From: Polyangiaceae bacterium
Lineage (GTDB): Bacteria > Myxococcota_A > Polyangia > Polyangiales > Polyangiaceae
DNA length: 64,000 nucleotides
Direction of reading: 5' to 3'
Assembly: GCA_044376115.1 (NCBI GenBank)
Contig: JBILLK010000015.1
Coordinates: 1 to 64,000 of the forward strand
In this document: positions 1 to 14,991 of the stretch, piece after piece
Position numbering within the stretch: the first letter of the stretch is position 1
Layout of the letters: every line of letters starts with the position of its first letter
Translations under genes and position numbers: made by a program
Notes under the pieces: model-generated
The model's input: only the letters and a program-made list of their open reading frames with translations
Told to the model about the DNA's origin: nothing
Databases searched by the model: none

Positions 1-167
1 GCATCGGGGAAACCGGACTTCAGCGTGCCCAGCGCCTCCTTGAGCGGGACTGTGGGTGAAGCCATCGCTAATACGAGCTTTGGCTCACCCCGCAACTGCT
101 CTCGAAGACCTGCAACCAGCTGGCCCAACTCACTAGCATTGACCCGCAACGAGGCGATGGATGTCAC
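1..167 (-). CDS. 5' part of a possible FIST-domain protein, running off the window start
   Basis: Manual translation from GTG at 167 gives VTSIASLRVNASELGQLVAGLREQLRGEPKLVLAMASPTVPLKEALGTLKSGFPDA. The frame is open to the edge and resembles a FIST N-terminus. Confidence 0.4.
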   Translation of the reverse strand, partial: MTSIASLRVNASELGQLVAGLREQLRGEPKLVLAMASPTVPLKEALGTLKSGFPD

Positions 168-275
168 CGAGCAATTACACGGCACCAACTCGCTCAAGCT
201 CAAGCCCTATGCGCGGTCTGAATGCATTAAAGTGGGAGCCGAAGTCACACCATTTCCCGTGTGCGCGCCTTCACC

Positions 276-2546
276 ATGCCTAGCGACGATTCCCCACGCA
301 GCTCTCTCGTCGCCGTGCTTGGTCCGACCAACACTGGCAAGACCCATCGAGCCATCGAGCGCATGCTCGAGTGCGAGTCGGGCATGTTCGGCTTGCCGCT
401 GCGGCTGCTCGCACGCGAGGTCTACGACCGCATCTCCGTGCGAGTAGGCGAGAGTCAAGTTGCGCTGATCACCGGCGAGGAGAAGCGAGTTCCAGCGAAT
501 CCCCGCTATTGGATCTCAACGGTCGAGGCCATGCCCATGCATCACTCAACCGAGTTCGTCGCGATCGACGAGGTCCAGTTGATCGCTAATTCGGAGCGTG
601 GCCACATCTTCACCGACCGCGTTCTGCACGCTCGTGGAACCAAGACCACATGGTTCCTTGGCGCGGATACGGCGCGACCTTTACTGCGTGAATTGTTGCC
701 TGGTCTGGCGGTCACCCAGAGTCCGCGCATGTCGGTATTGTCGGCACAGAAGCCGCTGAGCCTGCGCTCGATCCCGCGCCGCAGCGCCGTGATCACCTTC
801 AGCTTGCCGCGCGTGTTCGAGCTGGCGCGAGCGCTGCGAGCGCTGCGTGGCGGAGCTGCGGTGGTGATCGGCGCGATGTCGCCGCGGACGCGCAACGCGC
901 AGGTCGCAATGTACGAAGCTGGCGAGGTCGACTTCGTGGTGGCCACCGACGCCATCGGCATGGGGCTCAACCTCGACATCGACCACGTCGCCTTCGCCGA
1001 CCTGCGCAAGTTTGACGGCAAGGTCGAACGTGCGCTCGAGGCGGCGGAGCTCGCGCAGATCGCTGGGCGCGCGGGGCGCTACACCAAGAACGGGACCTTC
1101 GGCGTCCTGACGCCGCTCTCCGGGCTCCCAAGAGAGCTTGCGCGCAGGGTCGAACAACACAGCTTTCCTCGCCTCGAGAGCGCCTTCTATCGTAACTCGT
1201 CACTCGACTTTGCCTCTCCGCTCGCGCTCCTCACGTCCTTGCGCTTGGCTGCGCCCAATGACCGTCTGCGTCGCACGCGCAACGCGATGGACGAGCTCGT
1301 GTTCGAGCACCTCTCGTCCAAGGAGGAGATTGCTCGGCGCCTCGAAACGCCGGAGCAGGTGAAGCTGTTGTGGCAAGTCGCGACCATTCCCGACTACCGA
1401 CAGCTGCTGTTCGCCGAACATGCAGCGCAGCTGGAGAGCATCTTCCTCGGCTTGTACGAAAATCACACCCTGGATCCGAACTGGGTACGCACGCAGCTTC
1501 GAGCCATTTCGGATAGCGCGGATGACCCTGAGACCCTGCTCGATCGGATCGCTGACGTGCGGCTGTGGAACTACGTGACGAACCAGGCCGATTGGGTCGA
1601 CCCGCGCGCCGGCCTAGAGGAAGAAGCTCGTTCGGTGGAGGATCGGCTGAGTGATGCGCTCCACCGCGCCGTGATTGCACGCTTCGTTGCAGCCGAACGA
1701 CCAGCGCCACGCCCTGCCACCTCGAGCAAAGCACGCGAGCAGGCGGCTGGCTCACCGTTCGCGAAGCTCGCTGCACTGTTGAAGCCCGAGCCGGCGCAGT
1801 CAGACGTCGGGTTCTCCTTCGAACGCATGCTCGAGGCGGGGCAACAGGAGTTCGAGGTGGATGAGCTCGGCCGCATCCTGTGGCGCGAAACCGCGGTGGG
1901 CCGGCTCAGCAAAGGCCGAGATATCGCTGCGCCTGACGTGGTGGTGCTGCTCGATCTCGCAAGCGGTGCACGACTTCAGGCCCACCGCCGGCTCGTAGCC
2001 TTCGCGCGAGATTGGGTGCTCGAGCTGCTGCGGCCGGTGCAGCCCACGCCCACGTTGAGTCCGGCGATGCGGGGCTTGCTCTACGTCGTTCAGATGGGCC
2101 TCGGCACCGCCAACGCGGCCGCGACCTGGGAGCATCGCAACCACCTAACTGACGCCGATAAAGCCGCCATCGCGCGGATGGGCCTGACGCTTGGTAGCTT
2201 CTCGGTGTTTTCGTCGGGGCTTTTGCGCCCTCGCGCCGTAGCCAAGCGATTGATCCTGGCGCGTGCCTTTCACCAAGAACCGACCCGCACGCAGCAGGGG
2301 CGCTATCACTGGCCAACGGGAAAGGAGGTATCGCTCCAAGTGGACCCGCAGCGACCTCGCGCCTTGTATTGGGCGCTCGGCTATCCTGTGCTCGGTTCTC
2401 GCGCTGTGCGAGCCGACATCCTCGAACGAACCGCGAGCGAACTCGAGGCCGATGACCCGGATCTGCGCATCGCCCGAATCATTGGTTGTTCGCGCCGTGA
2501 GGCCGGCGCTTTGCAGGATATTCTGGCCCGCAGGGACCTGATATGA
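276..2546 (+). CDS. SUV3/MgpS-like SF2 ATP-dependent helicase
   Basis: Walker A GPTNTGKT, PLRLLA, DEVQ, ATDAIGMGLN and QIAGRAGR motifs. ATG at 276 preferred as start. Confidence 0.9.
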   Translation: MPSDDSPRSSLVAVLGPTNTGKTHRAIERMLECESGMFGLPLRLLAREVYDRISVRVGESQVALITGEEKRVPANPRYWISTVEAMPMHHSTEFVAIDEVQLIANSERGHIFTDRVLHARGTKTTWFLGADTARPLLRELLPGLAVTQSPRMSVLSAQKPLSLRSIPRRSAVITFSLPRVFELARALRALRGGAAVVIGAMSPRTRNAQVAMYEAGEVDFVVATDAIGMGLNLDIDHVAFADLRKFDGKVERALEAAELAQIAGRAGRYTKNGTFGVLTPLSGLPRELARRVEQHSFPRLESAFYRNSSLDFASPLALLTSLRLAAPNDRLRRTRNAMDELVFEHLSSKEEIARRLETPEQVKLLWQVATIPDYRQLLFAEHAAQLESIFLGLYENHTLDPNWVRTQLRAISDSADDPETLLDRIADVRLWNYVTNQADWVDPRAGLEEEARSVEDRLSDALHRAVIARFVAAERPAPRPATSSKAREQAAGSPFAKLAALLKPEPAQSDVGFSFERMLEAGQQEFEVDELGRILWRETAVGRLSKGRDIAAPDVVVLLDLASGARLQAHRRLVAFARDWVLELLRPVQPTPTLSPAMRGLLYVVQMGLGTANAAATWEHRNHLTDADKAAIARMGLTLGSFSVFSSGLLRPRAVAKRLILARAFHQEPTRTQQGRYHWPTGKEVSLQVDPQRPRALYWALGYPVLGSRAVRADILERTASELEADDPDLRIARIIGCSRREAGALQDILARRDLI

Positions 2547-2959
2547 ATCAGCGGGTGATGCTCAGGAACGCAGCAGAAAGAACCACTCGCGGCTTCTTCA
2601 CGAGAACCGGCCGAAAGCACCTCGGTGCTTCGATCTTCATGTTCGCCGCCTCGAGCGCCGTTCTCGATGGTTGCGCCGGGGACTGTGAGTTCACGGTGAT
2701 CGCGAGCACCGAGGAGTGCCCAGCCGAGTGCGCGACGTTCAAGTCCGGCGAAGTTCCGGAGGCGTTGATCTGTGCGGCCTTCGACTGCACCCTCCCGGAC
2801 AATGCCTGCGAACTGGGTCAAAGTTGTGTGGCCATCGGAACGCCGGTTTGCCTCTTCAACTGCAAAGACAACGACGACTGCCCCAACGGCCTCACCTGCG
2901 TAGACCAACCCGACGCCATCACCTCGGATAGCCTCGGGGTCTGCTTCTTCCCAGATTGA
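2543..2959 (+). CDS. Small Cys-rich putative lipoprotein or secreted protein
   Basis: ATGA overlap with the helicase stop, a lipobox-like LDGC and a Cys-rich body. The start may lie further downstream. Confidence 0.6.
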   Translation: MNQRVMLRNAAERTTRGFFTRTGRKHLGASIFMFAASSAVLDGCAGDCEFTVIASTEECPAECATFKSGEVPEALICAAFDCTLPDNACELGQSCVAIGTPVCLFNCKDNDDCPNGLTCVDQPDAITSDSLGVCFFPD

Positions 2960-2965
2960 CCGCCT

Positions 2966-5854
<2,889 letters not shown>

Positions 5855-5978
5855 GAATTCCTCCAGACGCTGCTTCGGGCTCTAATCCAATCGCCCCCCG
5901 ACGAGAAGCTCTTGCGGCTTGATTCGCCCGAAGCGCGCATACGTTCCCAAGGCGCCTCGAGTTTGACAGAATCAACCC

Positions 5979-6242
5979 ATGTCTCGCCACCTCACGACCT
6001 TCAAGGGTTCGATCGACGATGCAGTCAAGGCCGCCGTGCTCGAAAAGATCCCAGATGCAATCGTCGCCGTCGAAGGCTCTGGCGGTCACTACCGCCTCGA
6101 CGTGGTCTCGCCCGTCTTCGCAGGCAAGAGCATGTTGGAGAGCCAAAGGCTGGTGCTCGGTGCAATCAAACACCTAATGGCCGGTGACCAAGCGCCGGTT
6201 CATGCGGTCGACAGCTTGAAAACGCGCGTTCCTGCGCCATAA
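5979..6242 (+). CDS. BolA/IbaG family protein
   Basis: GGHYRLDVVSPVFAGKSMLESQRLV and HAVDSL motifs; 87 aa. Confidence 0.85.
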   Translation: MSRHLTTFKGSIDDAVKAAVLEKIPDAIVAVEGSGGHYRLDVVSPVFAGKSMLESQRLVLGAIKHLMAGDQAPVHAVDSLKTRVPAP

Positions 6243-6276
6243 CTGACCGCCCCTGTCGATTTGATCGGAGATCAAG

Positions 6277-7572
6277 ATTCTCGCTGAGCTGCTCGTCATC
6301 TTCGTGCTCATTCTGGTGAATGGTGCACTCGCCGGCTCAGAGATCGCCGTCGTTTCTGTGCGCAAGACGCGCCTGCAGAAACTGCTGGAGGAGGGTCGTA
6401 AGAGCGCCGTTGCGCTCAAGAAGCTACGCAAAGACCCAGAGGCGTTTCTGGCGACGGTGCAGATCGGCATCACGATCATCGGCTCTTCGGCTGGTGCGTT
6501 TGGCGGTGCAGCGATCGCCGATGAGCTGGTGCCGGTGATCGCGCGCGTCGAGCTGCTCAAGAGCAACGCGGAGCAGCTCTCGCTCGGCTTGGTGATCGGC
6601 ACCATCTCCTTTCTTTCGCTGGTGATCGGTGAGCTCGTTCCCAAGTCGCTCGCGCTGCGCTCCGGCGAGCGCTACGCGCTGTTGATCTCGCGACCGCTGC
6701 TGATGCTCTCCTTCGTCGCCAAACCGCTGGTGTGGTTCCTGACGCTCAGCAGCAACATCATTTTGCGGCTCTTTGGCGACCGCACCAACTTCGCCGAATC
6801 ACGCTTGTCGCCCGGCGAGATCCAACAGCTGGTGGATGAAGCGACCGAAGCGGGGGCGGTCGATCGGCAGGCCGGTGAGATCGCCTCACGAGCGTTTGAC
6901 TTCGCCGACCTGCAGGCCGTCCACGTGATGGTGCCGCGCCAACGGGTGATCGGCATTCCGCGCGACGCCTCGCACCAGCGGCTCAAAGAGCTGGTGATGG
7001 AACACGGCAAAACGCGGATGCCCGTTTACGACGAAGTGATCGACAACGTCGTGGGCTACGTGACCATCCGGGATTTGCTGGCGCTCTTGGTCGAGAAGCA
7101 GCTGCTGGTCCTCGAGGACGCCATTCGCCCCGCCTTCAAAGTCAGCGAGAGCATGCCGGCTGCGGATTTGTTGAGCGAGATGCGCAAGCGACGAATCCAG
7201 CTCGCCATCGTCATCGACGAGGCGGGCGCCACGAGCGGCATCATCACGATCGAAGACCTGGTGGAGGAGCTGGTCGGTGAGATCGCGAGTGAACACGAGG
7301 CAGCGAGTCCCGAGCCTTTTTACCGTGAGGTGGACGGCTCGGTGGTCGTCATGGGCGACGTCCCAGTTCGCGACGTAAACCGTGAGCTCGAGCTCGAACT
7401 CCCCGAGAGCGAGGGCTTTACGACCATCGCAGGCCTCTGTTTGGAGCTCGCTGGCCGCATTCCGAAGCCAGGCCAACGCTTCCAAACGCCCGACGGTACT
7501 GAACTAGAAATCACCGCCGCATCGCCCCGCCAAGTGAAGCGGGTACGGATCGTCGCTCGCCGCAGTGAATGA
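6277..7572 (+). CDS. HlyC/CorC (CNNM-CBS-CorC) hemolysin-family transporter
   Basis: LILVNGALAGSEIA, LATVQIGIT, GELVPKSLAL and a CBS pair (DEAGATSGIITIEDLVEELVGEI). Start is uncertain (ATT 6277 or GTG 6304). Confidence 0.9.
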   Translation: MLAELLVIFVLILVNGALAGSEIAVVSVRKTRLQKLLEEGRKSAVALKKLRKDPEAFLATVQIGITIIGSSAGAFGGAAIADELVPVIARVELLKSNAEQLSLGLVIGTISFLSLVIGELVPKSLALRSGERYALLISRPLLMLSFVAKPLVWFLTLSSNIILRLFGDRTNFAESRLSPGEIQQLVDEATEAGAVDRQAGEIASRAFDFADLQAVHVMVPRQRVIGIPRDASHQRLKELVMEHGKTRMPVYDEVIDNVVGYVTIRDLLALLVEKQLLVLEDAIRPAFKVSESMPAADLLSEMRKRRIQLAIVIDEAGATSGIITIEDLVEELVGEIASEHEAASPEPFYREVDGSVVVMGDVPVRDVNRELELELPESEGFTTIAGLCLELAGRIPKPGQRFQTPDGTELEITAASPRQVKRVRIVARRSE

Positions 7573-7623
7573 ACGTCGCGGAATGCACGCGAGGCTACTC
7601 ATTCGGCCTGCCCGGAAGTACCC

Positions 7624-9441
7624 TTGCTCAACGTGACTACGCCCTGGGCAATTCCGATCGAGACCGTGACGGCTGCTGTCGGCGGCACGATGTTGTGGAC
7701 CCACGTTGGTCGGACCACGCTCACTGTTGCGATCAAGGCAACCTTCGGCCTCACCGAAGGCGTGATGGAGCTTATCGCGCCTGAAAAACTCGTGATTTGG
7801 GAGCGAGTCACCGACGACGGCGCGCTGATCGAAGACGTCGACTTCGTACCGCACAAGCCACGCGCAGAGGTGCACGTCGTCGGCCACGCCAATTCGCCAA
7901 CCCCAACGACGCACTTGGTCGTCAGGCTCTGTGTGCGGTCTCAGGCTCAGGTGCTGGTGGACAAATCCGTGCGAGTGGTCGGAGATCGCATCGGTGCCGG
8001 CGAGCCGAAGCCCTTCCGCAAGATGCCACTCACGTGGCAGAGGGCCTGTTTCGATCCGCTGCGCAATCCCGTCGGCGTCAACAAGGGCAGCGGTATGGCG
8101 CCGAACCTCTACGATCCCGAGGACGCCGCCGCAGCCATCGCCTTTGCCCCGGTCCCGCGCGCGTGGCCGATGCGCAGTCGCTTCATCGGCCAGTCGAGAG
8201 CAGCCAAAGCGGGTGACTTGTGCGGGCCACGCATTGATATGCCCAACGATCTTTCGTGGGGCTTCTTCCTGGGAGCAACCGAGGACCAACAGGCGACGGC
8301 GCTGCGCGGCGGTGAGCACCTGTACCTTCAGAATCTCGTTGAAGGCAAACCGCAGTTCGCGTCGCAGCTGCCTCAGGCTCGCGGGGTCGGACGCTTCTAC
8401 GAGGCCGCAGGGGACGGCAGCGCGCTCGAGTTCAAGCTCGATACCCTGTCGATCGATACGGATCGCATGAAGGTGAACGCCGTGTGGCGCGCGACCATGC
8501 CGTTTCCAACGAGTGCAAAGCCGGAACAATGCCTGGTCGTCGCCGGCGTCGAGCTGGCGGGCCAGCCGGTCGATCTTTCGCGCTCCGCGGCGAGCCTGAA
8601 CGACTCAGCGATACCGAGTGCCCCAGCCGCGACGCGCGTTTTCTCGGTCGACTCGATCGGTGATCTATTGCCCCCCAAGACCGAACGGGTGAACCCGGCG
8701 ATTTTGGCGCAGCCAGCCAAGCCTGGTTTTCACGCTCCGGAACGCGAATCGTCCACCAACGTCTTTGCCAACCTCCCAGCGGGCGGAGCCCCAGCGGCGA
8801 GACCCCACTCGTTCGACTTCGAGCCTGAGACGGCCATGTCTGGTGGAGGTGGGAGCGGCACCCTCGCGCTCACGCCGGAGGCCGCGCAGGGTCTGCTAGC
8901 CAAGAGCGCCGCGGCTCAACCCGCGGCTGCACACACACCGACCCACGGCCGGGCGCCTGAAGGCTCGCCGGCCCATGGTGTAGCTGCCTTTGGCGGCCCA
9001 CCTTCTAGTTTGGCGCCGCTCGTTCCGCCGCCGGGGCTCAATGCCCCTGGTGGCCCTGGCTGGCCCGCCTATGCCCCAGGCAACACCCATCAGGTCCCCA
9101 TTCCGAACTTCCAATCCGCAGCGAACGCCCCGGTCTTGGTCGTGCGGGCCGCCCAATACGAGCAAGACGATGACGATGTCGTGGGCTCGACCATGGCCAT
9201 GTCACCTGAGAGCGCCGCGATCTTGTTGGCTCGCCCGCAAAAAACAGCCCCCCCCGCGACCGAGGGGCGAGCGCCCTCCAAAACCACACCGCCGAACCCA
9301 CCACTGCCAGCACCTCCGCCGCCATTTCCGCCGGAATTGCCACGGCACGGCACCCTCGAGATGGACCGCGTTCCCGACTCAGAGCTGGGCGGCGGCACCA
9401 TGGTACTGGCCGTCAACCTTCCTGATCCCAAGCGTCGCTAA
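7624..9441 (+). CDS. DUF2169 family protein with Pro/Ala-rich C-terminal tail
   Basis: VAIKATF, DFVPHKPRAEVHVVGHA, PFRKMPLTWQRA, NPVG and LDTLSIDTD motifs typical of DUF2169. Confidence 0.8.
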   Translation: MLNVTTPWAIPIETVTAAVGGTMLWTHVGRTTLTVAIKATFGLTEGVMELIAPEKLVIWERVTDDGALIEDVDFVPHKPRAEVHVVGHANSPTPTTHLVVRLCVRSQAQVLVDKSVRVVGDRIGAGEPKPFRKMPLTWQRACFDPLRNPVGVNKGSGMAPNLYDPEDAAAAIAFAPVPRAWPMRSRFIGQSRAAKAGDLCGPRIDMPNDLSWGFFLGATEDQQATALRGGEHLYLQNLVEGKPQFASQLPQARGVGRFYEAAGDGSALEFKLDTLSIDTDRMKVNAVWRATMPFPTSAKPEQCLVVAGVELAGQPVDLSRSAASLNDSAIPSAPAATRVFSVDSIGDLLPPKTERVNPAILAQPAKPGFHAPERESSTNVFANLPAGGAPAARPHSFDFEPETAMSGGGGSGTLALTPEAAQGLLAKSAAAQPAAAHTPTHGRAPEGSPAHGVAAFGGPPSSLAPLVPPPGLNAPGGPGWPAYAPGNTHQVPIPNFQSAANAPVLVVRAAQYEQDDDDVVGSTMAMSPESAAILLARPQKTAPPATEGRAPSKTTPPNPPLPAPPPPFPPELPRHGTLEMDRVPDSELGGGTMVLAVNLPDPKRR

Positions 9442-9590
9442 GCCGCTCCTGCGCAGCGCCACAGCGTTCGGTCGAAGGGCGCTTTTCAATCGGCTGCGCT
9501 GACCCTACAGCCCGGGCACCCAGAGGAGTGACTCTGGCAGTCGGTTTCCTTTCTCTCACGAGATCGACTAAGCAGCCACCAGGCTAAGTC

Positions 9591-10256
9591 ATGCAAAAGA
9601 CGCTGAGCATCTACGACACGACCATCGGTAAGAAGGCCATCGCCGCGGCCACAGGGCTGATCCTGTACGGCTTCGTCATCGTCCACATGGCCGGCAACCT
9701 GCAGGTCTTCCTCGGACCAGAGAAGTACAACGCCTACGCAGCGACGCTCAAGGCAACCCCTGCGCTCGTGTGGGGTGTTCGCGGTGTGCTCTCGGTCAGC
9801 ATCCTGCTCCACATCATGACGACTTTGTCATTGGTCGGTCGCAGCGCGGGTGCTCGCCCCGTTGGCTATCGCCAAAAGACGCTAGCGGCCACCAACTACG
9901 CAGCAATGACCATGCGCTACGGCGGACCGGCGCTGGCCCTCTTTATCCTCTTTCACCTCGCTCACTTCACCTTTCCGGGAGTGGCCATGGGCAACTACCG
10001 GCATGAGCATGTGGATGTTTACAGCAATGTCGTGCACGGCTTCAGTGTGCCTTGGGTGACGCTCATTTACGTGGCCGCACAGACCTGCTTGGGCTTCCAC
10101 CTCTATCACGGTGCGTGGAGCCTTTTCCAAACGCTCGGCCTCAGTCACCCACGTTACAACCCAATGCTTCGACTCATCCCCAAGGCGATTGGTGTTGGCG
10201 TCGCAGCCGGAAACATCGCCATGCCTCTCGCCGTTCTGGCGGGCGTCATCCGCTGA
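9591..10256 (+). CDS. sdhC: Succinate dehydrogenase/fumarate reductase cytochrome b subunit
   Basis: TTIGKKAIAAATGL, HMAGNL and HLYHGAWSLFQTLG; lies upstream of sdhAB. Confidence 0.93.
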   Translation: MQKTLSIYDTTIGKKAIAAATGLILYGFVIVHMAGNLQVFLGPEKYNAYAATLKATPALVWGVRGVLSVSILLHIMTTLSLVGRSAGARPVGYRQKTLAATNYAAMTMRYGGPALALFILFHLAHFTFPGVAMGNYRHEHVDVYSNVVHGFSVPWVTLIYVAAQTCLGFHLYHGAWSLFQTLGLSHPRYNPMLRLIPKAIGVGVAAGNIAMPLAVLAGVIR

Positions 10257-10291
10257 TTTGAACTTCCAACGCGATAACCACGGAAGCACGA

Positions 10292-12235
<1,944 letters not shown>

Positions 12236-12251
12236 GCAGACGGAGCCAGTC

Positions 12252-13024
<773 letters not shown>

Positions 13025-13028
<4 letters not shown>

Positions 13029-13696
13029 ATCAGGTCGAGGCTCCGCTCGAGCCGCCCCCTCAAGAAGAGCCTCCGCTCTCGCTGCGAGAGCGGAGGTTTT
13101 ACTACGCGGTCGTCACCATAACGAGCGCAGCGGCGGCGCTTGGTACGGCGTTTTTGCCTTACCTGTTGGTACAGCATCCAGCGCTCTTGCTTGCCTCGGC
13201 CGCCGACGCGCGCAACATCATCCTGGTCAGCGGGAAGCTCGAGTTCACTACGCTTCTAGCCATCGCGCTACCGCGCCGCCTCATTGGCATGGTGGGCTCG
13301 TATGGGCTCGGATTGTTGTTCGGCCGAAGGGTGCTTTCATGGTCGTCGAAGACGCTCCCTCGCGTCACACGCATCGCCCATTTTCTGGAACGCACCTATC
13401 GCAGGTTCCCGCGTGCAGCGCTGTTGTTCTGGCCTGCTTACGCAACCAGCATCCTAGCCGGCCTCGTACGCGTACCGCACCGCAGCTTTTTCCCAGCCAT
13501 GGTGGTTGGACAAATTGCCTTCGTATTGACCTGCTTCTACCTGGGCGAGGCCGCCTCGAGCTGGGTTGATCGGCTGATCCAGTTCTTCCGCGAGCGGCTT
13601 TGGCAAAGCACCGCGATCTTCGCCTCCTTGGTGCTTCTGCAACAGCTCGCCGCCTATCGTCGTCGACAGAGGAGAAAGACCGAGCCGCCCGTGTAA
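13025..13696 (+). CDS. DedA/VTT-like membrane protein
   Basis: Hydrophobic, with SYGLGLLFG and [13 protein letters not shown] patterns. The frame is open from a CTG overlapping the sdhB stop; the ORF track start is 13154. Confidence 0.6.
13070..13100 (+). terminator. Intrinsic terminator-like hairpin after sdhCAB
   Basis: Perfect 12-bp stem CCTCCGCTCTCG-ctg-CGAGAGCGGAGG followed by TTTT. Confidence 0.6.
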
Positions 13697-13707
13697 GATG
13701 CCACGCC

Positions 13708-14991
13708 ATGCGGATGCTTAGCTGGCTCGTGCTTGGGCTTGTCTCCTGTACGGCCGGCGCGCAGGTAGACCCAACAGCGAAGGCACCAGCCGCCAGTGGA
13801 CGCGCGGTTACGTCGAGCGCGCAATCCTCGGCGACTGAAGAGCCAAGGAAGCCACAGCCGCTCATACGTGGCGAGCTGAGCACCGACCCAGCAAGTCTCG
13901 ATGTGGTCAAGGACGCGGAGCTCATTCGTCGAATCGGCGAGAGCCCGCACGCCTACTTCCGCTTCACCAATACCCAGTTTAGAAACGCGACTTGCAAAAG
14001 GCTTGGCGCTCGGCTCGTTGCACTGCCCAAGGTCCGCCTTCACGGCGACGCGCACGTCGAACAATACGCAGTAAGTTCGCTCGGGCGCGCCCTCGTCGAC
14101 TATGACGATGCCTCGCTAGGCCCCGCGGCGCTCGACCTAGTGCGCTTTGCTACATCGCTCGTGCTGGCCGCACGACAACGGGCAGAGCCTGGCGAGGACG
14201 CGACGAGTTCGGGAGAGGACCTGCTGACGGCGCTGTTCGCAGGCTACCGCGATGGGCTCGCCAAGGTCGCTCTGCCCAAGGAGATACCCGCGTTCGCCAA
14301 GGCGCTCTCCGCAACGTTTTCGCCCGACCGTTCGACTTTCTTAGCCAACGCAGACAAGGCCATGCAACCCATCGATCAGGCGAACGAGGCCTTGGCGCGT
14401 GAAGGGTTGACGGCCCTGATGCAGGCCGAGCGCAAAGCCAACTACAAGCGCCCCGACTCGTTCTATGCACTAAAAAAAGTGGGCACGCTCAAGCTCGGAA
14501 TAGGGAGCGCGCTCGGGCGCAAATATCTCCTTCGGCTGGAGGGTCCGTCGGCAAAGGCCGAGGACGACGTCATCTTGGAGTTAAAAGAGCTCGCAGACCG
14601 CAGCAACAGCCCGTGTCTCGAAAGCATCCCGAGCGGGGCAGCGGATGCACGTAGAGAGCAGCAAGAGCTCGCGAACAACAAGACGTTACTCCTACCAACG
14701 CTGCTCCCGGGCTCAACGTTTTGGACCAATGAGTGGCTGCCGAACTATGAGGAGGTTCGCATCAAGCGGCTCGGCGCGCAGGCCGACCTGCGCGATCTTG
14801 CCCGTGAGGCTGGGCTGCTGCTCGCTGCAGAGCATCAGAAGAAGAGCGCCGTCAGCCCCATCGTCGAGCCAGCGCGGCTCGCCATCGATCGTGAGTTTGA
14901 GACCCTACTCAGGACCCAAGCCAAAGAACTCGCAGACGAAACCCAGAGTGCCTACGAGGCTTTTCGGAAAGACTTCAACGTCGGAAAATGA
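13708..14991 (+). CDS. DUF2252-like (kinase-fold) protein with lipoprotein signal
   Basis: SPHAYFRFT, LHGDAHVEQY, DYDDA, GIGSALGRKY and DVILELKE motifs; N-terminal LGLVSC. Confidence 0.7.
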   Translation: MRMLSWLVLGLVSCTAGAQVDPTAKAPAASGRAVTSSAQSSATEEPRKPQPLIRGELSTDPASLDVVKDAELIRRIGESPHAYFRFTNTQFRNATCKRLGARLVALPKVRLHGDAHVEQYAVSSLGRALVDYDDASLGPAALDLVRFATSLVLAARQRAEPGEDATSSGEDLLTALFAGYRDGLAKVALPKEIPAFAKALSATFSPDRSTFLANADKAMQPIDQANEALAREGLTALMQAERKANYKRPDSFYALKKVGTLKLGIGSALGRKYLLRLEGPSAKAEDDVILELKELADRSNSPCLESIPSGAADARREQQELANNKTLLLPTLLPGSTFWTNEWLPNYEEVRIKRLGAQADLRDLAREAGLLLAAEHQKKSAVSPIVEPARLAIDREFETLLRTQAKELADETQSAYEAFRKDFNVGK

